Assembly: GCA_965227405.1 (NCBI GenBank)
Contig: OZ245758.1
Span: 2,387,153 to 2,451,152 of the forward strand
Source: Polyangiales bacterium
GTDB lineage: Bacteria > Myxococcota_A > Polyangia > Polyangiales > Houyiibacteriaceae
Direction of reading: 5' to 3'
DNA length: 64,000 nt
A program made the translations under genes and the position numbers. Positions 35,902-44,336 of the stretch are shown in pieces. The first letter of the stretch is position 1. Every line of letters begins with the position of its first letter. The notes beneath the pieces were generated by a model. It saw nothing but the letters and a program-made list of their open reading frames with translations. It had not been told where the DNA came from and did no database searches.

Positions 35902-37707
35902 TCAACTCCCCGACGGTCCCGGCGCGTCCGGTTCGCGTTCGAGGTAGCGGAAGATCGTGCGCGGATCCACCCCGAGATCGCGCGCCGTCTTGGTCCGGTT
36001 GCCGTTGTTCTGCTCCAACACCTCGAGGATGTAGCGGCGCGTGAACTCCTCGCGTGCTTGCGAGAGTGGGACGATCGCCGCGAGAGCTTCCGGAAAAAGA
36101 TCCATGTCCTCGGGACCGACCAACGTTTTGTCCGCGAGTACGACCGCCTTCTTGATGCGGTTTTCCAACTGCCGGATGTTGCCCGGCCAGCTGTACTTGC
36201 GCATCGCGGCCAACGCGCCCGGCGTAAAGCCCTTCACGCGCGCGCCGTACTCGCCCGAGTATCGTTTGAGGAAGTACTTGGCGATCACGATTACGTCGTC
36301 GCCGCGTTCGCGTAGCGCCGGCAGATGCAGGTTCACGACGTTGAGTCGGTAGAAAAGGTCTTCGCGGAAGTTCCCCTTCTTAATCTCCTCTTCGAGATCG
36401 CGGTTGGTCGCAGCCACGACGCGGATGTCCACCGCTTCGGTCTTGCTGTCGCCGACCTTCATGACGATCTTCTCTTGAAGTGCGCGCAGCAGTTTCACTT
36501 GCAGCGAGATCGGCATCTCACCGATCTCATCGAGGAAGAGCGTGCCCTTGTCGGCCTGCTGGAACTTGCCGTTACGCGTCGCCACGGCACCCGTGAACGC
36601 GCCACGCACGTGACCGAAGAGTTCCGACTCCATCAAGTTCTCAGGAATCGCGCCGCAGTTGACGACCACAAACGGGCCGTCGACACGAAGTGAACGACGA
36701 TGGATCGCGCGTGCGATCAACTCTTTACCGGTTCCGGTTTCGCCGGTGATCAACACGCTGATATCGGTGCCTGAAACCTTGTCGACCTTGTCGAACACAT
36801 CGAGCAAGGGCGGGCAGCTTCCGATGATTTCGCCAAAGCGCTTGGTGTCGAGCTCTTCGCTGAGCTGCGACTTCTCCAACGTGAGCTGGTCCAGGAGAAT
36901 CGCGTTTTGCAGAATCAACGACGCCTGGCCTGCGAAGATGGTCAACACGTCGAGCGACGATTGTTCGAAGAGGCTGACGACGTTGTCGTTTCCGACGTAG
37001 ATCAGTCCGAGTAGCTGACCCTGCGTCATCAAGGGTGCGCACATCACCGAGCAGAGCTTGAGGTTCATGACGCTCTCGCTCGACTTGAACTTGGTGTCGT
37101 GCAGCGCGTCGCTCACGATCAACGGCTTCTTGGTCTCAACGCACTGCTGAATGATCGAGTCACTGAGATGACGAACACCGTCAGGGATGTCGCGCTTCTC
37201 TAGGTTGCGCGCCGCAGCGATTTTCGCGTCGCCGTCCTGCAACAAGATCACAAAGCCCTTGGAGGCGTGCGTCACCTCGATCACGGCGTCGAGTAACGCG
37301 TCGATCTGATCGGGCACCGAACGGATCTCCAACAAGCGTTGGTTGAACTCACTTAGCTTCACCATGCCGGCGAGTTCAGCGCTGCGATCGTCGCCTTCGT
37401 CTGCTGCGGTGTCGACGATCTCGTCGTACACGCTGAACGTCAGCTCGATGTCGCCGAGTTGGATCCGATCGTTGTGATAGATCTTCGCGCGACGTTTCTT
37501 CTTCGAGTTGACGAGAATCGGTGACTTGTCGACGTCCGAAAGTTGGAAGTCGCGACCGTCGAACACGATCTGCGCGTGGTTCTCGTTGAGGCTCTTGTCG
37601 TCGATGCTGACGTCGTTGGCGCTGCCTCGACCGATCGTCGTGATCTTCTTGTAGATCGGGAAGACCTTCGGCCGGCCTTCTCCTGCGACCCATTTGAGAC
37701 TGGGCAT
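35902..37707 (-). CDS. sigma-54-dependent transcriptional activator, FHA-GAF-AAA+-HTH
   Basis: Start at MPSLKWVAGEG. FHA-like N-terminus (TIGRGSANDVSIDD...NHAQI), VLITGETGTGKE, GAFTGA and ESELFGH motifs, and a C-terminal Fis-type HTH (NRTKTARDLGVDPRTIFRYL). Confidence 0.85.
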   Translation of the reverse strand: MPSLKWVAGEGRPKVFPIYKKITTIGRGSANDVSIDDKSLNENHAQIVFDGRDFQLSDVDKSPILVNSKKKRRAKIYHNDRIQLGDIELTFSVYDEIVDTAADEGDDRSAELAGMVKLSEFNQRLLEIRSVPDQIDALLDAVIEVTHASKGFVILLQDGDAKIAAARNLEKRDIPDGVRHLSDSIIQQCVETKKPLIVSDALHDTKFKSSESVMNLKLCSVMCAPLMTQGQLLGLIYVGNDNVVSLFEQSSLDVLTIFAGQASLILQNAILLDQLTLEKSQLSEELDTKRFGEIIGSCPPLLDVFDKVDKVSGTDISVLITGETGTGKELIARAIHRRSLRVDGPFVVVNCGAIPENLMESELFGHVRGAFTGAVATRNGKFQQADKGTLFLDEIGEMPISLQVKLLRALQEKIVMKVGDSKTEAVDIRVVAATNRDLEEEIKKGNFREDLFYRLNVVNLHLPALRERGDDVIVIAKYFLKRYSGEYGARVKGFTPGALAAMRKYSWPGNIRQLENRIKKAVVLADKTLVGPEDMDLFPEALAAIVPLSQAREEFTRRYILEVLEQNNGNRTKTARDLGVDPRTIFRYLEREPDAPGPSGS

Positions 37708-37820
37708 ATTCCGGAGTCTACACGTGTTTTCGGGGAGTTTCGTACGTCGTGGAACGAAGTGTCGAAACACTGGTCCAAGGGGCTGCGCTGGGGCATGGTC
37801 CCAGCCACCTGGAGGTATCG

Positions 37821-38603
37821 ATGCGTTTGAAGCTCAGCATTCTCTTGATCGCGGGTCTCTACGTCACGGGTTGCGACGACCCCTCGGAGGACGTGCCCAA
37901 AGCGCAGGTCGAAGACCACGATCACGACGACCACGACGATCACGATGATCATGACGACCACGATGACGATGACGATGATGGTCACGACCACGGTCACGAC
38001 GAGCACATGTCGCGCATCACGCTCAACGCGGCCGAGAACAACACGATCGGCTTTGTGGGCTCCAAGGTGACCGGCTCGCACGAAGGCGGATTCCGCGAGT
38101 GGACCGGCTACATCGATCTCGATGCCGAGCACCTCGGCGAGAGCAGCATCAACATCACGATTCAGACCGCGTCGCTGTTTACCGACAGCGATGACCTGAC
38201 CGACCACCTCAAGACCGGCGACTTCTTCGAGACGGAGCGCTTTCCCACCGCGACGTTCGTGTCGTCACGCATTGCGGAAGGCGGCGAAGGCGAAGCTACG
38301 CACACGATCACTGGTGACCTGACCTTGCACGGCGTGACCAAGAGCATCTCGTTCCCCGCCACCGTGGCGATGACCGATGCGGCAGTGACCGCGAGTGCCG
38401 AGTTCTCGATCAACCGTCGCGACTTCAACATCAACTACGATGGCCGTGCGAACGACCTGATCCGTGATGGCGTGGTCATCAAGCTCAACATCAACGCTTC
38501 GCGCGCGGGTGCGACGCCGGTGGAAGAGACCGACCACGCGCACATGGACGAGGATCACGGCGACGATGATCACGAAGAGGATCACGACCACGACATGGAG
38601 TGA
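37821..38603 (+). CDS. YceI-like lipoprotein with His/Asp-rich N- and C-terminal tracts
   Basis: Lipobox LLIAGLYVTGC. EDHDHDDHDDHDDHDDHDDDDDDGHDHGHDEH tract, then a YceI-like core (GFVGSKVTGSHEGGF...LTLHGVTK), and a HMDEDHGDDDHEEDHDHDME tail. Confidence 0.7.
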   Translation: MRLKLSILLIAGLYVTGCDDPSEDVPKAQVEDHDHDDHDDHDDHDDHDDDDDDGHDHGHDEHMSRITLNAAENNTIGFVGSKVTGSHEGGFREWTGYIDLDAEHLGESSINITIQTASLFTDSDDLTDHLKTGDFFETERFPTATFVSSRIAEGGEGEATHTITGDLTLHGVTKSISFPATVAMTDAAVTASAEFSINRRDFNINYDGRANDLIRDGVVIKLNINASRAGATPVEETDHAHMDEDHGDDDHEEDHDHDME

Positions 38604-38610
38604 TTCGTGA

Positions 38611-39117
38611 CTAGAGGACGACGATGCTTGCGCTTCCTTCGGCGCGGTATTCGTTGTCCTCGGCGATGACCGTGAGTTCCACCGGACCCGAACCGGTCAT
38701 CGGGTCAAACACCGCGCCGGTTGACGTAAAGAACGCATCGCCTGCTTCGCGTTCGAAGAGCAGGTTGACGCGAACGGTCCGACTTCCGGTTTCGCGTCGT
38801 CGGTATTCGACTTCCATGCAACGCGTGGTGGCTTCCTCGCCCGGGAGCACCGGCAAGCGCAGCCGTGTCACGATCATGCTGTCGCCCTGAAACCCTTCAA
38901 CCTTGAACACTTCTTGCCCCGCAACGAAGGGTTCAAAGTCAGGCATCGCCATCGCGTCCGTGGGAAGCGGGACTCGACCGAGCTCGATGATGCGCGGTTC
39001 TGTGCCGCCGCCCACACCGGTGCAGCGGTCGGGGTTGTTGGCTTCTGTGCAGTAGCACGCACCCAACGCCGCAGCGACGGGGGTGATCAACCAAAGAGCG
39101 ATTCCTACGCGAAGCAT
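38611..39117 (-). CDS. hypothetical lipoprotein
   Basis: 168 aa. Signal peptide and lipobox-like AAALGAC. Confidence 0.45.
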   Translation of the reverse strand: MLRVGIALWLITPVAAALGACYCTEANNPDRCTGVGGGTEPRIIELGRVPLPTDAMAMPDFEPFVAGQEVFKVEGFQGDSMIVTRLRLPVLPGEEATTRCMEVEYRRRETGSRTVRVNLLFEREAGDAFFTSTGAVFDPMTGSGPVELTVIAEDNEYRAEGSASIVVL

Positions 39118-39181
39118 GACCCACAGGCTACCGCGAAAACTGGACGTGAAACCCTACCTTGTCTCGGTCATACCTAGAGTC

Positions 39182-39748
39182 ATGTGGATTGACGTGATCA
39201 CGCCGGAGCACGCAGAGGGAGACCTCGCCGACTTCTACGACGCGGTGGGCAAAGCGCGTGGCGGAGTTGCGCGTGTGCATCAGATCCAATCGCTCAACCT
39301 CAAAGCGATGAAGGCGCACCTTGAGCTGTACAAGGCTGTGCTCTTTCAGCGCTCATCGCTGTCGCGCATTCAACGCGAGCGCATCGCTGTGGTTGTGTCG
39401 CACGCCAACCAGTGCGCGTATTGCATCGCTCACCACGCGGAAGCGTTGCGAAACCTAAAGGACGATGAGCGGACTGTGAGTCAGCTTGCGGAAGGTGCGA
39501 TCGCGGACTCGTTGCCAACGAGCGACAAGCTGCTGCTCGCGTGGGTGCGCGCTCGAACGCTGGAGCCGGGAGCGGCCAGCGAACAAGACATCACATCGTT
39601 GAAGGATGCTGGTTTTGACGATCGCGCGATCCTCGATGCGACGTTGACGATGGGGTACTTCAACTTTGTGAACCGCCTGGTGTTGTCGTTGGGTGTGCAC
39701 CTCGAAGACGACTTTGAAGAGACGTGCGCACCCGATATGCGGGAGTAG
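39182..39748 (+). CDS. carboxymuconolactone decarboxylase / AhpD-like peroxidase-related protein
   Basis: Start at MWIDVITPEHAEGDL. The VVSHANQCAYCIAHH motif is typical of the CMD/AhpD-like family. Confidence 0.7.
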   Translation: MWIDVITPEHAEGDLADFYDAVGKARGGVARVHQIQSLNLKAMKAHLELYKAVLFQRSSLSRIQRERIAVVVSHANQCAYCIAHHAEALRNLKDDERTVSQLAEGAIADSLPTSDKLLLAWVRARTLEPGAASEQDITSLKDAGFDDRAILDATLTMGYFNFVNRLVLSLGVHLEDDFEETCAPDMRE

Positions 39749-39796
39749 CAACGGAGTACGCCGAGGCAGCGGACCGGACAGCGTCCGGTTCCAAAA

Positions 39797-41953
39797 GTGC
39801 CTGCGTCGTATGCCGTGGTACTTCCATACGTGCTTCGCCTCGCCATCGCCTGTGTTCTCGTTGCTTGTGGTGGCGGCGGACCTCGGCTTCTCGTTGACGT
39901 TCGTACCGACCTTGTTCCGGCGGTTGAGCTCGGTGAGGTAAGCGTCGATCTACTTGGCGACGGATTGGGCGATCCCGATCTCGGCCAGACGCGACTGGTG
40001 CTTCCCAGCGATGACTTCCTCGATGGGGTGCGCATCGCAGAGTTCGACGGGATCCGAAACGGAGAACGTCGACTGCGTGCCCAGCTGTTTGGTGTGGATG
40101 GGTCGTCGCTCGGTGATCGCGATGTCCAAGTCCAGGTTCGTGGCAACACTGCAGTGACGATCGTGTTCACACGCAGCTGCGTCGGAATCGAGTGCCCGGG
40201 CGACGGAAGTCCAACCGCTACGGAGTGCCTCAACGGAACATGCGTGCCGCCCGACTGCGTGGGTGGGATGTGTCCTGAAGCGTGTGTGGACGTGAGTGAT
40301 TGTCCGCGCGGTGCGGCCTGCTCGGAACCGATGTGCCTCGACGGCGCATGCTTCTTGGCGCCTACGGGTGAAGCCTGCGCGTCTGGGTTTGTGTGCATTC
40401 CGGAACGCGGTTGCGAGCCGACCGGTTCGATGGACGGCGGCACGGGCTGCATCGACGGCATGCCTTGCAACACGGGCAACGAGTGTGAACGGGGTCGAAC
40501 CGACTGCAGTTCAGGGTCGGCCGTATGTGTCGCCGATGGCGTGATGAATGCAGGCGTGAGCTGTCGCCCCGCCGACAATGAATGCGACATCGAAGAGTTC
40601 TGCGACGGTGTCGCGCCGACGTGTCCGACCGATGGCTTTGCGGATGTTGGAACGCCATGTACGGGCGGTTTCTGCAACGGCCCAGCGTGCGGAGCTTGTC
40701 AGCCCGGCGTCGCATGCGAGACCCCAAACGCGTGTGAGACGGGAACGATCGAATGTGCGGACGGTGTTCCGACCTGCGTTGCGTCGGGTGTGGTGGCTGC
40801 GGGAACCGAGTGTCGTGAGGCAGCAGGTCCATGCGACGTCGCAGAGTTGTGCGACGGAACCTCACCAGAGTGTCCCGGCGATGCGTTTCAGCCGATTGAC
40901 TTTGTGTGTCGCGCAGCTGCGGGTACCTGTGACCAAGTTGAAGTCTGCGATGGTGCGACGCCCGCATGCCCTGCCGACGCTTTCGATATGAGCACCGAGT
41001 GTCGACCGGCGGTCGGACCCTGCGACCTCGCGGAAGTGTGCTCAGGCGGTGCGTCGTGTCCGCCCGATGATCTGCGTGCAGCTGGCTCGACGTGTCGTGC
41101 CGCGGTGACCGAGTGCGATGCGGAAGAAACCTGCGACGGCGCAACTAGCGTCTGTCCTGACGACGAGTTTGAAAGCGCAGGCACCATGTGCTCGGGTGGA
41201 CGCGTCTGCGATGGTTCAGGCGCGTGTCTTGACCTCGGTTGCGGTGATCCGTGCAGCACCGGTGCGGCGTGCGAAATCGGAATCATCGATTGCAGCAGCG
41301 GTTCACCGGTATGCGTGCGCGATCGCTTGCGCGATATTGGCTTCGTCTGTCGACCGGTCGCAGGTGCGTGTGACGTGGCCGAAGAGTGCGACGGCGTGAG
41401 CGCAGCGTGCCCGGTCGATGGGTTCCTGAGCGGTGGCGAATGTCGTGCTGCGTCAGGAGCATGCGATCTGTCGGAGAGCTGCACTGGAACCAGTGCGTTC
41501 TGCCCAGCGGATCAAGTTCGTCCTGCGTCGTTTGAGTGTCGAGCAAGCGCGGGCATGTGCGATATCGCGGAGAACTGCGACGGAACCAACAAGGCGTGTC
41601 CCAGCGACGTGTTCGTTTCGAGTGCGACAGTGTGTCGAGGCAGCGAAGGTTTTTGTGATGTGATCGAGAACTGCCCTGGAAACGGTCCGGACTGTCCTGC
41701 CGATGGCTTTGTGAGTTCGGGAGTCGTGTGTCGTCCGGGAATTGGAATGTGCGATCGAACCGAGTCGTGCACTGGAACGGCAGCACGATGTCCGGCCGAC
41801 CAACTACAACCAGCGGGTTTTCCGTGTAGCGCCCGCGATGAGTTTCCATGTCACGTCAGCGAGTGCGATGGATCGGGCATGTGCGAGATCGTGGGCGACA
41901 ACTGTCCAGGAGGTCAGGCGTGTTGTGAACTCGGGTGCAATATCTGTCCGTGA
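39797..41953 (+). CDS. lipoprotein with about 15 Myxococcus-type cysteine-rich repeats
   Basis: Lipobox CVLVACGG. Repeating C(R)..(A)G.CD..E.CDG....CP.D.F units fill the C-terminal two-thirds. Confidence 0.75.
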   Translation: MPASYAVVLPYVLRLAIACVLVACGGGGPRLLVDVRTDLVPAVELGEVSVDLLGDGLGDPDLGQTRLVLPSDDFLDGVRIAEFDGIRNGERRLRAQLFGVDGSSLGDRDVQVQVRGNTAVTIVFTRSCVGIECPGDGSPTATECLNGTCVPPDCVGGMCPEACVDVSDCPRGAACSEPMCLDGACFLAPTGEACASGFVCIPERGCEPTGSMDGGTGCIDGMPCNTGNECERGRTDCSSGSAVCVADGVMNAGVSCRPADNECDIEEFCDGVAPTCPTDGFADVGTPCTGGFCNGPACGACQPGVACETPNACETGTIECADGVPTCVASGVVAAGTECREAAGPCDVAELCDGTSPECPGDAFQPIDFVCRAAAGTCDQVEVCDGATPACPADAFDMSTECRPAVGPCDLAEVCSGGASCPPDDLRAAGSTCRAAVTECDAEETCDGATSVCPDDEFESAGTMCSGGRVCDGSGACLDLGCGDPCSTGAACEIGIIDCSSGSPVCVRDRLRDIGFVCRPVAGACDVAEECDGVSAACPVDGFLSGGECRAASGACDLSESCTGTSAFCPADQVRPASFECRASAGMCDIAENCDGTNKACPSDVFVSSATVCRGSEGFCDVIENCPGNGPDCPADGFVSSGVVCRPGIGMCDRTESCTGTAARCPADQLQPAGFPCSARDEFPCHVSECDGSGMCEIVGDNCPGGQACCELGCNICP

Positions 41954-41958
41954 AGCGG

Positions 41959-42010
41959 GTGCATTCCGCTTCGCGGATCCGGAAGCCTGGAAGCTCGGGA
42001 GTCCGGAAGC
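41959..42010 (-). repeat. 54-bp GGAAG-rich interspersed repeat, copy d (inverted orientation)
   Basis: The reverse complement reads GCTTCCGGACTCCCGAGCTTCCAGGCTTCCGGATCCGCGAAGCGGAATGCACC. Starts 6 nt after the stop of the Cys-rich repeat gene. Confidence 0.75.
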
Positions 42011-42073
42011 TTAGGCGGAGATACCGATCATTTTTTGTTGGTCTCCCACGAAATCCAGAATGAGTTGCTGTCC

Positions 42074-42643
42074 TTAGCGCTCGAGCGTTAGCGAGAGCGA
42101 CCGCATCCGCGTTCGACACGCGTCCCGCCACGTATCCAACTCCGGTGTCTGCATGTGTTCGACACACACACCAAACGCGGCCGACGCGCGCTGACGGAGA
42201 TCAAACACCGGCGCACGCACCGCATTTGCGGCCTCGGGGGGTAGCGCGCCAAGGTTCGCGTCTTCGAGTTGGTTCGCAGTGCGCAGCAGAATGTGCCCGT
42301 GAATCGCCGCACCCAATCCGAGCTCGCTCTGCGGCCCGCCACGCAGCACGCGTCGTGCTTCATTGGCGTCCGCCAGCATCTGCGCGCGTCGTTCGATCCA
42401 CGGTTCGTGCGTTTCACGAACCCACAACACGTTCGTGGCTGGTGGTAGCGGATCGAGTTGGCGTGAGAGATCGAGCAGCGCCCTGAGTCCAATCCCTGCG
42501 GGATGAAAGGGCATCGCCGGCCATCCTTCAACCCGCGGCGTCGGTGTCGTCGGCGCTTCAACCGCGGGTTCGGATCCTCCGCACGCAAACGCGAAAGCGA
42601 TGAGCAGGGCAAGGCGCACGCGTGAAAGGTACTCTCGAGCCAT
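42074..42643 (-). CDS. hypothetical lipoprotein
   Basis: Start moved to MAREYLSRVRLALLIAFAFACGG. The longer ORF would run antisense through yciH. Confidence 0.45.
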   Translation of the reverse strand: MAREYLSRVRLALLIAFAFACGGSEPAVEAPTTPTPRVEGWPAMPFHPAGIGLRALLDLSRQLDPLPPATNVLWVRETHEPWIERRAQMLADANEARRVLRGGPQSELGLGAAIHGHILLRTANQLEDANLGALPPEAANAVRAPVFDLRQRASAAFGVCVEHMQTPELDTWRDACRTRMRSLSLTLER

Positions 42644-43013
42644 GGGTAAGAAAAAGCCGCCTGCCCCCAAAGAGGAAGTGCGCAACAACCCGTTTGCTGC
42701 GTTGGCACCGGCGAGCGCGCCACTACCCAAACAAGAGAAGAAGCCCGAGCCTGTTGCGTCCAGTGCTTCGAACCCGTTTGCGGGCAAGCTTGTGTTGCGT
42801 CGAGAGAAGAAGGGCCGTGGGGGCAAGACGGTAACGCGTCTTAGTGGCGTTGCGCCAAACGCCTTGGACGACACGGCCAAGCAAATGAAGAAGGGCTTGG
42901 GTTGTGGGTCGCTCGTGGAAGGCGACGACATCGTGTTGTTGGGTTCGTTGGTTGATCGCGCAGCGGACTGGCTTGAGAAGCAGGGTGCGAAGAAGGTGGT
43001 TCGCGGAAACTAA
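42642..43013 (+). CDS. yciH: SUI1/eIF1-family translation initiation factor-like protein
   Basis: Start at MGKKKPPAPKEE. KKGRGGKTVTRLSGV...LKKGLGCGSLVEGDDIVLLGS matches the YciH/SUI1 pattern. Confidence 0.8.
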   Translation: MGKKKPPAPKEEVRNNPFAALAPASAPLPKQEKKPEPVASSASNPFAGKLVLRREKKGRGGKTVTRLSGVAPNALDDTAKQMKKGLGCGSLVEGDDIVLLGSLVDRAADWLEKQGAKKVVRGN

Positions 43014-43070
43014 ACTCGGAAAAAGATCGATACGCGGGGTTGACCCGTCGAAGACGCCGACGCATTGTAG

Positions 43071-43439
<369 letters not shown>

Positions 43440-43479
43440 GCAAGAATCTCCTTTCAACAAAAGGGAAAACAAAGATTAC

Positions 43480-43851
43480 GGTTGTTGCCGCGCCCTTACG
43501 CGAGAAGCGTACACACGGTAAAAAACAAACCTCGCAAGTTTGCACTGTCGGTTCGAATCCGGCTCGGTCCACCGCGTCCTAGGACGCTGCAAACAGCTCG
43601 CGCTACAAAGCGAGAGCACTTCCCAAAGGTCGAACGAGCGCGAAGCGCTCGACGATCGGAGGGGGAACAAGCTCGGCGCTGAAAAGCGAGAGCACCTCCA
43701 AAGTTCGAACGAGCGCGCAAGCGCTCGACGATCGGAGGGGGGGACCCAGAGGGCTCTGCCCGATGGGGGGGGAGGACTTCAAGAAAGTCCTCCCAGAAAT
43801 CTGGGCCGAATAAACACATTCGTCGCTTTTACGACTTGTGCGGCAACAACC
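43480..43851 (+). ncRNA. helix-closed structured element (module 1) with a tRNA T-arm and two tandem ~75-nt hairpin-rich units
   Basis: GGTTGTTGCCGC (43480..43491) is the exact complement of GCGGCAACAACC (43840..43851). Inside are TACACAC (43510), the T-arm GTCGG-TTCGAAT-CCGGC (43547..43563) followed by TCGGTCC-ACC, a tandem repeat at 43595..43669 / 43670..43743, and a 9-bp hairpin GGAGGACTT/AAGTCCTCC. Confidence 0.35.
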
Positions 43852-43859
43852 TTATTTAC

Positions 43860-44004
43860 GCGCCTGTAGTTCAATTGGATAGAACGCCGTCGTCAAGACA
43901 GCTTCAGCAACTTACGCGGCTCCACTCGCGACTACTCTGCAAGCCTACACACGCATCGGGCTCATAACCCGGAGGTTACAGGTTCGAATCCTGTCGGGCG
44001 CTCC
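43860..44004 (+). tRNA. tRNA-Met(CAT)-like gene interrupted by a 69-nt insert in the 5' strand of the anticodon stem (module 2)
   Basis: GCGCCTG-TA-GTTC-AATTGGATA-GAAC-G-CC [insert 43889..43957] GGG-CTCATAA-CCCGG-AGGTT-ACAGG-TTCGAAT-CCTGT-CGGGCGC-T. The acceptor pairs over 7 bp (one T-G). The D, anticodon and T arms are canonical once the insert is removed. Confidence 0.45.
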
Positions 44005-44008
44005 TCTC

Positions 44009-44163
44009 GCACATCTCAAAACTATCGCCGGCCGCTACGCGGCCACAGCACACGACCTGCTGCCATCCTCTCGCCTCGGTAATGAGTACATTGCCTCGGT
44101 TCGCGGACGCACCATCTCGTGCACTCTGACGGCGTATCGACGGGCGCTAGTTTTGAGATGTGC
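44009..44163. mobile_element. MITE-like element, copy 2 (155 bp), inserted between tRNA-like modules 2 and 3
   Basis: GCACATCTCAAAACTATCGCC (44009..44029) pairs with 44143..44163 as a 21-bp TIR with one mismatch. Its interior is collinear with copy 1 at 22491..22653. Confidence 0.6.
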
Positions 44164-44179
44164 TTCGAATCGTGACCAC

Positions 44180-44290
44180 TTTTGAAGCGTACATACTTGG
44201 AGGTTCGAATCCTTCACTCCCCACCAGAGCTCTAAGCTCAATCACATTGGGGAGTTGGGCAAATGGCAAAGCCAACGCGTCGTAAAACGC
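44180..44290 (+). ncRNA. circularly permuted tRNA-like module (module 3)
   Basis: Order is T-arm GGAGG-TTCGAAT-CCTTC (44199..44215), ACTCCCC-ACCA (44216..44226), a 22-nt linker with hairpin GAGCT-CTA-AGCTC, then GGGGAGT (44249..44255, exact complement of ACTCCCC), TG, and D-arm GGCA-AATGGCA-AGCC. The closing helix is GCGT (44187..44190) with ACGC (44275..44278), extendable to TTTT/AAAA. Confidence 0.4.
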
Positions 44291-44336
44291 GTCTATCAAC
44301 GACCGCTTCACCAACTTACACGATTCAACAATTCAT

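Noticed and set aside
39481-40677. 398-aa minus-strand ORF (and 40362..41144, 40888..41484, 41283..41849)
   Set aside because: These are antisense to the cysteine-rich repeat gene, whose repeat periodicity and lipobox make the plus frame the real one.
43480-43851. Possible (two-piece/permuted) tmRNA: a T-arm followed by TCGGTCC-ACC with a T at the position pairing with base 3, enclosed by a long closing helix
   Set aside because: There is no matching 5' acceptor strand (GG[G/A]CCGA) and no tag-like reading frame ending in ALAA-stop. No canonical GGGGCUGA-type 5' end is present. The interior is a tandem repeat rather than pseudoknots.
43496-43869. ORFs 43496..43819 (-) and 43540..43869 (+), and other short ORFs across 43.4-45.0 kb, as protein genes
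   Set aside because: They run through tRNA-like and tandem-repeat sequence and lack RBS. Their low-complexity translations are generated by the repeats. An RNA explanation is much stronger.
43889-43957. Insert in the tRNA-Met-like gene as a group I (or group II) intron
   Set aside because: At 69 nt it is far too short. It sits in the anticodon stem rather than the loop, and it has no recognisable P-helix core.
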